A stretch of DNA of 64,000 bases from sequence record MN988522.1. One strand, given 5' to 3'. The notes beneath the pieces are model-generated. The model searched no databases, was not told the origin of the DNA, and worked only from the letters and a program-made list of their open reading frames with translations. Every line of letters begins with the position of its first letter. The stretch's first letter is position 1. This document shows, one piece after another, positions 46,225 through 55,793 of this stretch. The translations under genes were made by a program, and so were the position numbers.

Positions 46225-46412
46225 TGAATCCCTTTATAAAAGTAGAAACTGTCGATTGTAATTGTGACAAGATTATGTACCTTGTTCAGATATCAGACGG
46301 TCAAGAAGTGCATGAAGTACAGATTGAATCTCCTGATTTAATCCCTGTACTAGGTCGTGGTATTGAGTTATTGAATGCGGCTAGACGTGCAGAGAGTAAT
46401 GCTAAGACATGA
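46224..46412 (+). CDS. Hypothetical protein
   Basis: TAATG overlap. Confidence 0.5.
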   Translation: MNPFIKVETVDCNCDKIMYLVQISDGQEVHEVQIESPDLIPVLGRGIELLNAARRAESNAKT

Positions 46413-46427
46413 CAAAGGAGATACGAA

Positions 46428-46628
46428 ATGTCGAGCACCAGGGCTAAGAAAGAAGACTTGACTCCAGAGCAAATCATGGAGCTAAAGGAGACTCACGTTA
46501 TCCTTCACGAGGATGATGTTTATATCGAGTTCGTTCCCAATATTGTGGAAACGATTATGCTCGATAAGTTTTTCAGTGCAATCAACCCAGAAGAAGAGAA
46601 TAATGGCGACAACAACCTCACAACCTAG
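46428..46628 (+). CDS. Hypothetical acidic protein
   Basis: AAGGAG RBS. Confidence 0.55.
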   Translation: MSSTRAKKEDLTPEQIMELKETHVILHEDDVYIEFVPNIVETIMLDKFFSAINPEEENNGDNNLTT

Positions 46629-47928
46629 TGCAGCTCCGATCGCACAGATTGAAGCTCGTAATCTTATCGAGGCTGATTATCTCGAGTACGGTGCATATGT
46701 GAACACGACTCGATCTGTTCCAGGCTATGATGGTCTGAAGTCAGGTCAACGTCGTGTTCTCTTTGCATTAAGAGATGTAGATGATGGATCTGATGAAATT
46801 CCTTCTCTGGAAGTAGTTACTCAGACTCTGAAGAAGTACCATCCTCACGGTGATGCCTCTATCTACGATACGATGTGTCGACATATCCACAAGGGATTTA
46901 TCGAAGGTCGTAGTAACTTTGGTACCAATCACTTGATGGAAGAAATCGGTGCAGCCGCATACCGATATACCTATGTGAAGCCTCATAAGCAATTCACTGA
47001 TGGTGCGTTTCGATTCATCGATCAGGTACCGACTGTTGAGAATGAATATGGTCTCAATGAACCTACGTATCTACCAGTACCGATTCCTCTAGGACTAACA
47101 ACTGGTGCAAAAGGTATCGGTATTGGTCTTCTCTGCAACATTCCTGCATTTTCTCCTAAGTCTCTTTTTGATGCACTTATGGCAGATGATCCTTCTCGTC
47201 TGAAAGCACCTGCTGGTACTTTCATTGTAAGTGGCGATATGGATAAGCTCTGGAAGACAGGTGAAGGCTGGATCCAATATGGTCTCAAGTGCTATCAGAC
47301 TTGGCATGATCTGGACGGTAAGACCGTATCAGTTATTGAAGGATCTGGTCGTATCTTCAAGCCTCGTATTTGGGATACTTTCTCTACATTGATTGAAGAT
47401 GAGAGTGTTTATACTCGAGACGAATCTGGTGAAAAGATCAAGATGATCATCACTCGAGTCAAGGGTCTTAAGCGTATTACTGATGAACAAGTTCACCAGA
47501 TGGCTCAGCAAGCAGCTGTCGAGAAGATGTTCTTCCGTATCTACGTTACTGAGAACAAGGTCGTTTATCGTAAGTCGATGAAGGACTGGATGCAAGAATT
47601 GTGGGCTCGTTACGAGAAAGTAGTTGATACTTACAAGACCACTCAGGTTAACGATTTGAATCATCGAATCAGAATTCTGAATCTAATTCCTGTAGCAGCA
47701 CCTGGCATTCTTCAGGATCTTCCGATCTCTGAAATTGCTAAGACAACTGGAGCTAGTGAGGCTGATCTTCGAGAAGTCGAAGGTAAGTCGATCAAAATGC
47801 TCCGTAAGTCAGACTTTGGTGCTCAGATTACTGATCTCAATAAGAAGATTACCAATGTCCAGAAGATCAGTGCTAAGGCTCTAGCAGTTGACTTCGTTGA
47901 TATGCTTGAGAAGGCTCAGGCTATCTAA
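46603..47928 (+). CDS. Type IIA topoisomerase A subunit (GyrA/ParC/gp52-like; start at ATG 46603)
   Basis: RSVPGYDGLKSGQRRVL, YHPHGDASIY, AAAYRYT (catalytic Tyr), GIGIG. Confidence 0.93.
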   Translation: MATTTSQPSAAPIAQIEARNLIEADYLEYGAYVNTTRSVPGYDGLKSGQRRVLFALRDVDDGSDEIPSLEVVTQTLKKYHPHGDASIYDTMCRHIHKGFIEGRSNFGTNHLMEEIGAAAYRYTYVKPHKQFTDGAFRFIDQVPTVENEYGLNEPTYLPVPIPLGLTTGAKGIGIGLLCNIPAFSPKSLFDALMADDPSRLKAPAGTFIVSGDMDKLWKTGEGWIQYGLKCYQTWHDLDGKTVSVIEGSGRIFKPRIWDTFSTLIEDESVYTRDESGEKIKMIITRVKGLKRITDEQVHQMAQQAAVEKMFFRIYVTENKVVYRKSMKDWMQELWARYEKVVDTYKTTQVNDLNHRIRILNLIPVAAPGILQDLPISEIAKTTGASEADLREVEGKSIKMLRKSDFGAQITDLNKKITNVQKISAKALAVDFVDMLEKAQAI

Positions 47929-47954
47929 ACTCATTTATAAATCGAGGAGTCAAT

Positions 47955-49901
47955 ATGACTGAATCAATTTCGATTATGACGCCACTCCAGCAGATGTTCC
48001 ATCGTCGTGGTATGTACATCGGTGGCGCTGAGAATCCTGAAATCCTAGCTAAGGAACTTATCGATAACGCACTCGATGAACTCCTCTGCGGTTATGCCGA
48101 TCGAATTGAATTCGATTGGGATCTCAAAGAAGGATGGTTCAGGATTCGAGATAATGGTAGAGGCATGCCTCTATCTCAGTTCCATACTGAAGATCAGGAC
48201 ATGTCTGGATTGAATGGAGCTATTCAGGCTCGTCTTCTCTTCACTCGACCATTCTCGTCTGGTAAGTACGACAAGAATAACTACAAGTATTCGTCCGGTA
48301 CGAATGGTGTAGGTATCAAGGCAGTCAACGTTTTCAGTACGAAGACTGAAGTACGTGTCAAGGATAAGAAGCTCGTTCATAATGGCGATCTGTATCATCT
48401 CACTCTTGGATGGACTGAGCCAGAACGTGTCCAGACAATTGATGAGCAGTGGATTGATGCTAGCACGATTGAAGACTTCTGGTGGTCTACTGAAGTCAAA
48501 TGCTATCCGAATATGGAAGTCTTTAAGACGATCAAGTGCAAGATTCGTGAGACTCAGCTTCAGCTAGCTAAGACTTCGAAGCCTACCTGTAAGATCGTTG
48601 TCAATGGTGAAGAGATCAAGCCATTCTCATTCCGTGAGAGTGTTACTAATGATCTCCTTCTGAATAAGACTTTCAAAGTCAATGTCACGGTTGGATATAC
48701 CAACTTCGAGATTGAACTTGGATGGTCCTCTAAAGATTTCAATTCCTACTATCGTGGAGCAGTCAATCTTGGTTCATGTAATGAAGGTTGGCATATCAAG
48801 GAGACCAAGTATGCAGTAGGTCGAGTACTTGCTGGATATGATGATCTGTTGACTAACTCGGATGCCGAGTACGGTCTCCGTATGTTTATCAACTGCCTGA
48901 TCTCTGAACCGATCTACACTTCTCAGACCAAGGAGAAGTTAGCTGGTGTGACTGACTTCGATGTATTCAATGAAGCATTGATGCGTAAGAAGTATGCCGA
49001 TCTTATCGAGAAGGATGAGAACGGTAGAGAGAATGTCGTCAAGGCTAAGGAAGCAGTCAAGAATGATCCTGAATTCCTGAAACCTGAGTTGCTCTATGCT
49101 GCTATTCAGAAAGCTGTCAAGAAAGAACTTGACCAGGATGAATCGTTCAAGACAGTTCTTGTTAAGAGAATTGTTGAGTACAAGAAATCTGTCCAGAAAC
49201 TATCTGAGCAGAGCTTCATCAATTCTATCGTTAAGACTGGCAATCATAAGATCGCTAGAAATTCGGTAGTAGGTATCAAGGAAGCAGGGTCTGCTGATCG
49301 TGCTAAGTGCGAACTCTTCATCTGCGAAGGTAAGTCTGCAGAAGGTAATCTTCTTCAGAAGAGAGATCGTATGTTCCAGGCAGTCTTCCCTCTTCGTGGT
49401 AAGCCATTGAATGCTGCCAATGTGAGTGACATCAAACAGATTCTTGAGAATCGTGAGATGAAGACTCTGGTCAACGGTATCGGTGCAGGTATTCTTCCTC
49501 AGGTCGATCTTACTCATGCTCGTTATGGTAAGTTGATCATCCTTACAGACGCTGACCCAGACGGTAAGAATATTGAAGCTCTCATTATCGGAGCTCTCTT
49601 GTTCTTGAATCCTAAGGTCATTGAAGCAGGTATGCTATATACAGTAGCTGCTCCTCTGTACAAGCAGGATGGTAAGCTTCTATATTCAGAGAAGGATCTG
49701 AATATGAAGAAGAAATTCAAGAGATTCAAAGGTCTCGGATCGATGATGGCTGATGAACTTGAAGCTAGTGCTCTGAAGTCAACTACACGTAAGCTACGTC
49801 AAATCACATTAACTGAAGCTCGTGAGAAAGCTCTCGAAATCATTACTTCTTCTCACGAGAAGAAGCGTATTATGACAACCAATAAAATCCTAGTCGAGTA
49901 A
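47955..49901 (+). CDS. Type IIA topoisomerase B subunit (GyrB/ParE-like; ATPase and TOPRIM in one chain)
   Basis: ELIDNALDE, DNGRGMP, GTNGVG, EGKSA, PLRGK, TDADPDG, RFKGLG. Confidence 0.95.
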   Translation: MTESISIMTPLQQMFHRRGMYIGGAENPEILAKELIDNALDELLCGYADRIEFDWDLKEGWFRIRDNGRGMPLSQFHTEDQDMSGLNGAIQARLLFTRPFSSGKYDKNNYKYSSGTNGVGIKAVNVFSTKTEVRVKDKKLVHNGDLYHLTLGWTEPERVQTIDEQWIDASTIEDFWWSTEVKCYPNMEVFKTIKCKIRETQLQLAKTSKPTCKIVVNGEEIKPFSFRESVTNDLLLNKTFKVNVTVGYTNFEIELGWSSKDFNSYYRGAVNLGSCNEGWHIKETKYAVGRVLAGYDDLLTNSDAEYGLRMFINCLISEPIYTSQTKEKLAGVTDFDVFNEALMRKKYADLIEKDENGRENVVKAKEAVKNDPEFLKPELLYAAIQKAVKKELDQDESFKTVLVKRIVEYKKSVQKLSEQSFINSIVKTGNHKIARNSVVGIKEAGSADRAKCELFICEGKSAEGNLLQKRDRMFQAVFPLRGKPLNAANVSDIKQILENREMKTLVNGIGAGILPQVDLTHARYGKLIILTDADPDGKNIEALIIGALLFLNPKVIEAGMLYTVAAPLYKQDGKLLYSEKDLNMKKKFKRFKGLGSMMADELEASALKSTTRKLRQITLTEAREKALEIITSSHEKKRIMTTNKILVE

Positions 49902-49903
49902 CA

Positions 49904-50803
49904 ATGAACGATTTTAATGTAATCCTTACAGGTTCTGCTGGTTACATTGGAAGCATCGTTGGCGATCGTCTACTGAAATCCAATTCGATTGATTTGGAGA
50001 CAGTAGACGTCGTCTCTGACGTTCTTCCAGTAGATACTATCTTAACTGAAGTTGGTAATCTATCCAACAAGTCATCTGATGTCCTTGTTCATCTTGCTGC
50101 AAAGATCTCAGTAGTCGAATCTCATAAGCAAGCTCGTCAGTACTACGAGAACAATTGTAGTCAATTCCATGAGATGTTGAATGATCGTGGTAACTATTTC
50201 AAGCATGTTATCTATGCATCCTCTTTCTCGATTTATGATTCTGATTTGAGTATCTATCCTCAGTCTGTCTATGCATCCACCAAATACGAAGGTGAATGGA
50301 TTCTCAAGAGATGGGCTCAGATGACGAATCGAGATTATTCAATCCTACGATTTGCCAATCCAATTGGCGTTAGTCAATCACTTCACTCTCATATTGCAGA
50401 CCGTATTCAATCGAGCTATGCTAATGTTATGTGGAGACTTGCTCGATGCAAATTACTAGGTGAGATGTTCTACATTCATGATCTACCTGGTATGACACGT
50501 GATTTTTATCCCGTTGAATGGATTGGATACGCTATCGATTGGATCGCGAAGAATGGTCCCGTAGGTACTGTAAATCTAGGTAGTGGTAAGCCTGTATCGG
50601 TTATGGATCTTCTTCAGCATATCTGTGAGAAGTATAATATCAGTTACAAATATGTTCTACCACCTGAAGGTACTGCTCTAGGTATTACCAAGAAGGTTGA
50701 TGTATTCAAAGAAGGTATTCCTGATTTTGATACATACGATCCAGTTGTATATTGTGAGAAGTCGTTTTTAGATTATCTATCGTTGATTCAGAACGCGAAC
50801 TAA
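49904..50803 (+). CDS. NAD-dependent NDP-sugar epimerase/dehydratase (GalE-like)
   Basis: TGSAGYIGS, HLAA, YASS, YASTK (YxxxK), LRFANPIG, TRDF, NLGSG. Confidence 0.9.
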   Translation: MNDFNVILTGSAGYIGSIVGDRLLKSNSIDLETVDVVSDVLPVDTILTEVGNLSNKSSDVLVHLAAKISVVESHKQARQYYENNCSQFHEMLNDRGNYFKHVIYASSFSIYDSDLSIYPQSVYASTKYEGEWILKRWAQMTNRDYSILRFANPIGVSQSLHSHIADRIQSSYANVMWRLARCKLLGEMFYIHDLPGMTRDFYPVEWIGYAIDWIAKNGPVGTVNLGSGKPVSVMDLLQHICEKYNISYKYVLPPEGTALGITKKVDVFKEGIPDFDTYDPVVYCEKSFLDYLSLIQNAN

Positions 50804-50821
50804 CGCTAGATTAGCCTTCCT
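50795..50821 (+). promoter_or_regulatory. Promoter-like motif copy 13
   Basis: GCGAA at 50795, GCCTTCCT at 50814. Confidence 0.7.
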
Positions 50822-50830
50822 TCTCGTAGA

Positions 50831-51031
50831 ATGAATAAGAGGATCACCATGAAAGATCTACGTGAATTCAAATCTAAGCTTGATGCTAAGTTCGATACTC
50901 AGACATCTTGGGGTAAGAATCAGATCAAGCAAGTCATCAATGATACTTATATTGAAATCATTGAAAGTAAAGTAGAAGGTACTATCGAGCAGTCGACTCC
51001 TTCTAATCGTATCGACGAAGACTCTAAGTAA
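50831..51031 (+). CDS. Hypothetical protein
   Basis: ORF track; start possibly at the second Met after AGAGG. Confidence 0.55.
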   Translation: MNKRITMKDLREFKSKLDAKFDTQTSWGKNQIKQVINDTYIEIIESKVEGTIEQSTPSNRIDEDSK

Positions 51032-51053
51032 TTTTCTAGTCAAGGTTAACAAT

Positions 51054-52241
51054 ATGAATTTTCTTTATATCACAAGAAGCATTGATCCGCTAGCTGCTGA
51101 TCATCGTCCTGAAGCATATGATCGTTATCGATTCTATGCTCCGATGATGTCACGACTAGCTGAGATCGGTGGAGGTGACGTCTACCTTCAGACTCGTTAT
51201 AATCCTAAGGATTATCGTCCTGGTGGTACGATTGAAAGAATGGAAAGAAATTTCCGTCTTCCTAAGAAGTACAAGACTGGTGATAAGATTGATATGATCG
51301 TATGTGCCATCTTCTGCCCAGACGATGACATTACATTCAATGAGGATCTGAACAAGTTTCGTCAGACTCTTGAAGATACAGGTGCTCCGTATATCTATCA
51401 TGACTCTGACAAAGAATTCTCTACTCAGGACGATCAGCAAGATCTTTTCCATCCAGGAAATAAGAACTATTTCCTTCAGACAATATCTAAGCTTCCAGAG
51501 GATGATATTCTCCGATCCCGACTACGCTGCGTGGCTACGTCGGTTCCGGATGCAGATTATCATCAGATTCTGAAGGATAATCTCAAGGTCGATGTAACGT
51601 ATCTACCTGCTACGTTCTGGGGAGACTGGAAAGATAAGTTTGGATACACTCCTCTTTCAGATCGTAAGTACGATCTGACATTCCTTCGTGACTTCTATCT
51701 GAATCCGAAGCGTTCAGTCATTTTGAAGAATCTTGGTACTGGTGTATCGGATATCAGTGTTCTTCTTGGATCTCGTAGTGGCGACCCTTCTAGTCGTGGA
51801 GGATACATCAGCCATAAGGTTCCGACGATTGATTTTGATCAGATGCGTCAAGGAGCTACGTACAATGATCTATCGAAGTACATGTCTAAGTCTCGTCTGA
51901 CTCCGTCTACGAGTATTTATATGCGTGTCACTTCTAAGCTATTCGAAGCAGCTGAGAGTCGTACTCTAGCACTACTCTTCTCTCCGTGCTTCTATTCAGA
52001 CGTAGTTGATCATCCTTCTGAGGCAGATGCTTATCTGAGTCAACTTGCTCTTGTAATTCCAGGATCCACTACTGTAAGTCAGTTGATTACACGTATTCGT
52101 AGTCTGACTGATGAAGAATACTTGAAGCTTGTTGAGGTTCAGGATAAGCTCGTTGAGACTGTATTCAGTATCAAATCTGATTACATCACAGGCAAGCTGA
52201 CCAAGATCATCACGGATTATGTAGGTAATGTGAATGGCTAA
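51054..52241 (+). CDS. GT-B fold glycosyltransferase (T4 BGT/CgeB-like)
   Basis: RKYDLTF, YNDLSKYMSKS, VTSKLFEAAES, QLITRIRSL; matches the C-lobe layout of GT-B enzymes as I recall it. Confidence 0.55.
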   Translation: MNFLYITRSIDPLAADHRPEAYDRYRFYAPMMSRLAEIGGGDVYLQTRYNPKDYRPGGTIERMERNFRLPKKYKTGDKIDMIVCAIFCPDDDITFNEDLNKFRQTLEDTGAPYIYHDSDKEFSTQDDQQDLFHPGNKNYFLQTISKLPEDDILRSRLRCVATSVPDADYHQILKDNLKVDVTYLPATFWGDWKDKFGYTPLSDRKYDLTFLRDFYLNPKRSVILKNLGTGVSDISVLLGSRSGDPSSRGGYISHKVPTIDFDQMRQGATYNDLSKYMSKSRLTPSTSIYMRVTSKLFEAAESRTLALLFSPCFYSDVVDHPSEADAYLSQLALVIPGSTTVSQLITRIRSLTDEEYLKLVEVQDKLVETVFSIKSDYITGKLTKIITDYVGNVNG

Positions 52242-53112
52242 TGTTCTAGTTACTCTCATTACCAATCGACCAGATATTTCTTCGGAACGATGGATCGGTA
52301 CCATCGGAAAGCTATCTAAGCTTTCCGAGTACCATGATATGACCTACTCGATTCTTCTACAACCTCCTTTTACAGTAGAAGACTGTGATAAAGTTCGTTC
52401 TCGAGTAGTTGAAGCACTCGGTCCTAAGAATCAGGTAGTCGTAGAGCATTTTATTAATCCTCCAGGTCCATTCAATTTTAGAACTGCTCGAAATCAGGCT
52501 ATGTTGAATGTACCGTATCTGAATACTTTTGACTACGTTCTTATCACTGACGATGACTTCAAGTTCAGTGGTCCTACTCCTAAGGGATATGACTCATGGG
52601 AACGTTATCATCAGGCTATTAAGTATCTCGATGAAAACCGTCGATGCGGTGGTGTATTAATCAAAGGTATGTTTGGATCTCCTCCAGTCGATAAGGGTGG
52701 AAATGAGGTATCAAAGGTACATGACGAGTACTACTCGACCAATCGAGGCATTCTTCATCGTAATGTGATGAAGTACGATAACGTAGATTGGATCTACTCA
52801 AATGAATGCTTCGATTATCCTTCTGCTCTCGAGGATGCAGCAGCTTGTTTCTCTCGAATTGAGCTCGGCTACTATTATGCTCGTATCTGGAAGTCACCCA
52901 CCACACCTCTTCCTGTGAAGCAGACATGTGCTGATGACATCCCTGATGACAATATCTACTCGCGACATATGGTCAATGAAGTAGGTATTGGTAAAGCTAT
53001 CCGTGAACGTTACGACGATCCTACATGGGAAGTCGATCAGAAGCGTATGCCTAAGAAACTCAACAATCTTAAACTCGAAGCCATGAACAATCGTGGATGG
53101 GTTGTAACCTAA
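52234..53112 (+). CDS. GT-A fold glycosyltransferase
   Basis: RTARNQAM...YVLITDDD (DxD) and LEDAAACFSRIELGY. Confidence 0.7.
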   Translation: MANVLVTLITNRPDISSERWIGTIGKLSKLSEYHDMTYSILLQPPFTVEDCDKVRSRVVEALGPKNQVVVEHFINPPGPFNFRTARNQAMLNVPYLNTFDYVLITDDDFKFSGPTPKGYDSWERYHQAIKYLDENRRCGGVLIKGMFGSPPVDKGGNEVSKVHDEYYSTNRGILHRNVMKYDNVDWIYSNECFDYPSALEDAAACFSRIELGYYYARIWKSPTTPLPVKQTCADDIPDDNIYSRHMVNEVGIGKAIRERYDDPTWEVDQKRMPKKLNNLKLEAMNNRGWVVT

Positions 53113-53123
53113 GGAGTCTCGAC

Positions 53124-53363
53124 ATGAAACATCTTCTTGAGAAAGCAACGACTCTCGTCAAGCAGTCTAATAAACTGACTCTGGAATACCGTAAGTCTCC
53201 AGATGAATTGAAATCTAAGACTCAAGAGATCGTCAAGCACTTTCTCGAATTCAACGAGATCGAATCGAAAGAAGATTTCATAGATCAATTGTCGTCCAAA
53301 TCTGAGGAGACAGGTAATATGGATTACCTGTCTGCAGCTGAGATTATCCGAGAGTACTCTTAA
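53124..53363 (+). CDS. Hypothetical protein (probable start MKHLLE)
   Basis: AAGGAG RBS upstream. Confidence 0.55.
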   Translation: MKHLLEKATTLVKQSNKLTLEYRKSPDELKSKTQEIVKHFLEFNEIESKEDFIDQLSSKSEETGNMDYLSAAEIIREYS

Positions 53364-53668
53364 TGTTTAAAATTACTGTAGAGTCGTCTCAACCTGTTAA
53401 GAGTATCAACATTGAGTTCGGTGAAACTCAGGAGACGAAGGCTGAATTCTATCCTGTACCGACCTTTGAGACTAAAGGTGTAGAGAGTCTTAAATACGAG
53501 ACTCCTCCTTCATCTGAGTCATATGAAGACGTTCTAGCAAGACGAGCATCGACTGTATCGACTACTCCTGTAAAGCCTAAAGAGACTGAGACTGCTCCAG
53601 AAGTAGTCGAGGATCTCACTAATCGACCTGCACTTGTTGATCAATCCTTTGCAGGATCTACTTTCTAA
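53363..53668 (+). CDS. Hypothetical protein upstream of ParM (candidate adaptor)
   Basis: Short folded N-terminus, acidic/Pro/Thr linker, conserved-looking C-terminal tail. Confidence 0.55.
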   Translation: MFKITVESSQPVKSINIEFGETQETKAEFYPVPTFETKGVESLKYETPPSSESYEDVLARRASTVSTTPVKPKETETAPEVVEDLTNRPALVDQSFAGSTF

Positions 53669-53676
53669 GAGGTAAT

Positions 53677-54642
53677 ATGAAAACTGTATTAGGTCTTGAT
53701 CCTGGGTACGGAGACTTCAAGGTATGCTTCGGTAATTCTAAAGGGATTATCTCTAAGCTATACAAGTTCAACTCCGTACTAGGTCGTGTTGATGTCAGTC
53801 AACATATCAACGATACTCGAGTTTATGGATATAAAGGTACGACCTACTATGTAGGTGAGATGGCCTTGAAACTTGAGTCATCTCGAATCATCGACTTGAT
53901 GTCTTACAACAATCTGGAGACATTCTCTCCTCTCCTGATTGAACATGTCATCAATGAACTAGGAGAAGTTCCAGATATCGTCGTATGTGGTCTTTCGATC
54001 GCTCACGTTGACTATTCAGGATACTATCGAGATGCGATTCTTAACTATCTTGTTAAGGAGAAGAATCTTCCAATCAAGGATGTCCGCATCATCCCACAAG
54101 GTGTAGGTGGTAAGTTAACGTATGACAAGTATGGTCGTACATTCCCTGCCCTCACATCAGAATTCAGTGATGACAACAACTATGTAGGTTGTGATATTGG
54201 ATTCAATACACTCGATGTATTCCATGTCATTCAGAACAAGGTATCTCCTAACTTGATTAGAGGTATTGAGAGTCAAGGTGTAGTCAAGATCGTAACTCGA
54301 CTTCTTGAGTATATCAAGAATGACTACAGTCTGGAGTTCTCTGTTAAGGAAGGTAAGAACATCCTTGATAATGGTCAATTTAAGATCCGTGGACGTGAAT
54401 TTGATGTCACCAAACAGATTGAAGTGATCAAACGTTCTTATCTTGAAGAAGTCAAGGAACTCATCGAGAATGAATTCGGAGCAGTACTTGACAAGGTCGA
54501 GAAGATCAAGATGTTTGGAGGAGGTTCATATCTCTTCAATACGATGAATGACTCCTTCATCGAAACTCCAGAATCTCGTGCTGAATACTATAATTCCATC
54601 GGGAATTATCTACATGGCTTGACAATTGTCGAGAAAGATTAA
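53677..54642 (+). CDS. ParM/StbA-family actin-like ATPase
   Basis: GLDPGYGDFK (phosphate 1), IIPQGVG, GCDIGFNTLD (phosphate 2), FGGGS (adenosine). Confidence 0.9.
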   Translation: MKTVLGLDPGYGDFKVCFGNSKGIISKLYKFNSVLGRVDVSQHINDTRVYGYKGTTYYVGEMALKLESSRIIDLMSYNNLETFSPLLIEHVINELGEVPDIVVCGLSIAHVDYSGYYRDAILNYLVKEKNLPIKDVRIIPQGVGGKLTYDKYGRTFPALTSEFSDDNNYVGCDIGFNTLDVFHVIQNKVSPNLIRGIESQGVVKIVTRLLEYIKNDYSLEFSVKEGKNILDNGQFKIRGREFDVTKQIEVIKRSYLEEVKELIENEFGAVLDKVEKIKMFGGGSYLFNTMNDSFIETPESRAEYYNSIGNYLHGLTIVEKD

Positions 54643-54646
54643 TCTT

Positions 54647-54686
54647 AAGGTCTACTAGAAGAGATTCTAGTAGACCTTTTCTTTTT
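54647..54686 (+). terminator. Intrinsic terminator (GAGA loop)
   Basis: Perfect 14-bp stem AAGGTCTACTAGAA/TTCTAGTAGACCTT followed by TTCTTTTT. Confidence 0.85.
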
Positions 54687-54695
54687 GAGGATAAA

Positions 54696-55055
54696 ATGCT
54701 CAAATTAGATAGAAGTGTCAAAGAGTCTGAGTGTCTACACTACGAATTTGATATTAATGGTGGTTATAGCATTACACTAAAAATCGTCTTTGATGATACT
54801 GAAGAGAATGCGATTCACTTTGATTCTCATGATCACGATGTTCAGATTAATGGATTTAAATATTATATTTTAGACTCAGATACATACAGTAATGGGACAT
54901 CAATGAGGATTATGAAGATATCGTCTACAAATGATGATAGTGCTAAATACCTGATGTCTTATATTGAAGGTTTTATCATCAAAAATAAATTAGGAAACTC
55001 TAGCGGACTTCGATATAGATCTTATATACGATCAGATCAACATTCACTCAAGTGA
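54696..55055 (+). CDS. Hypothetical protein
   Basis: GAGG RBS. Confidence 0.55.
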   Translation: MLKLDRSVKESECLHYEFDINGGYSITLKIVFDDTEENAIHFDSHDHDVQINGFKYYILDSDTYSNGTSMRIMKISSTNDDSAKYLMSYIEGFIIKNKLGNSSGLRYRSYIRSDQHSLK

Positions 55056-55064
55056 GGACAGAAG

Positions 55065-55793
55065 ATGGCTCGTTGCTATGTAGGATGTAGTGGATTCTCG
55101 TATAATCATTGGAATGATAACTTCTACCCTGCAGGAGTAGAGCGGTTTTCATTTTATACGAGTCAATTTGATTCATTAGAGATCAATAGTTCATTCTACA
55201 GATTACCTAGTGCAAGCGTATTCTACTCATGGTATCGACGATCACCTGCTCATATGACATTCACTGTGAAAGCTCCTCAGACGATTACTCATCGTAAGAA
55301 GCTAAAGGATGCTGACGATATAGTTCAGAGATTCTATGAGAATACTCTTGAGCTAGGTGACAAGATGAAATGTGTCTTATGGCAGTTACCTCCTAATTTC
55401 TCCATAAGAATGTATGATCGTGTCAAGAAATTCTGTGACAGTATTCATAACAGATTTCCTAATTCAGCATTCGAGTTCAGACATCCTTCATGGATGCAGA
55501 CTCACGTACCTCAACTTCTATCTGCATACGACTTTGAGTTTGTACGTACAGATTTTCATAAATACGTAAATGTATCCATGGATGGATCCTCGTCTAAATT
55601 CCAGTACTATCGATTACATGGACCTACAGGTCAGTATCACGGTCGCTACACTGATGAGTTTCTTGAGAATATAGCTGATCGTCTAACGGATGGATCATTC
55701 GTATTCTTCGATAATGATAGTGGAGGTCAAGCTCCTAGGGATGCTAAAAGATTAATCAAAATTCTAGAGACAAGAAATGAAATTAAATTATAG
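55065..55793 (+). CDS. DUF72-family TIM-barrel protein
   Basis: YVGCSGFSY..W...FYP, EINSSFYRLP, KAPQTITH, LWQLPP, EFRHPSW, YYRLHG, FFDND. Confidence 0.93.
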   Translation: MARCYVGCSGFSYNHWNDNFYPAGVERFSFYTSQFDSLEINSSFYRLPSASVFYSWYRRSPAHMTFTVKAPQTITHRKKLKDADDIVQRFYENTLELGDKMKCVLWQLPPNFSIRMYDRVKKFCDSIHNRFPNSAFEFRHPSWMQTHVPQLLSAYDFEFVRTDFHKYVNVSMDGSSSKFQYYRLHGPTGQYHGRYTDEFLENIADRLTDGSFVFFDNDSGGQAPRDAKRLIKILETRNEIKL

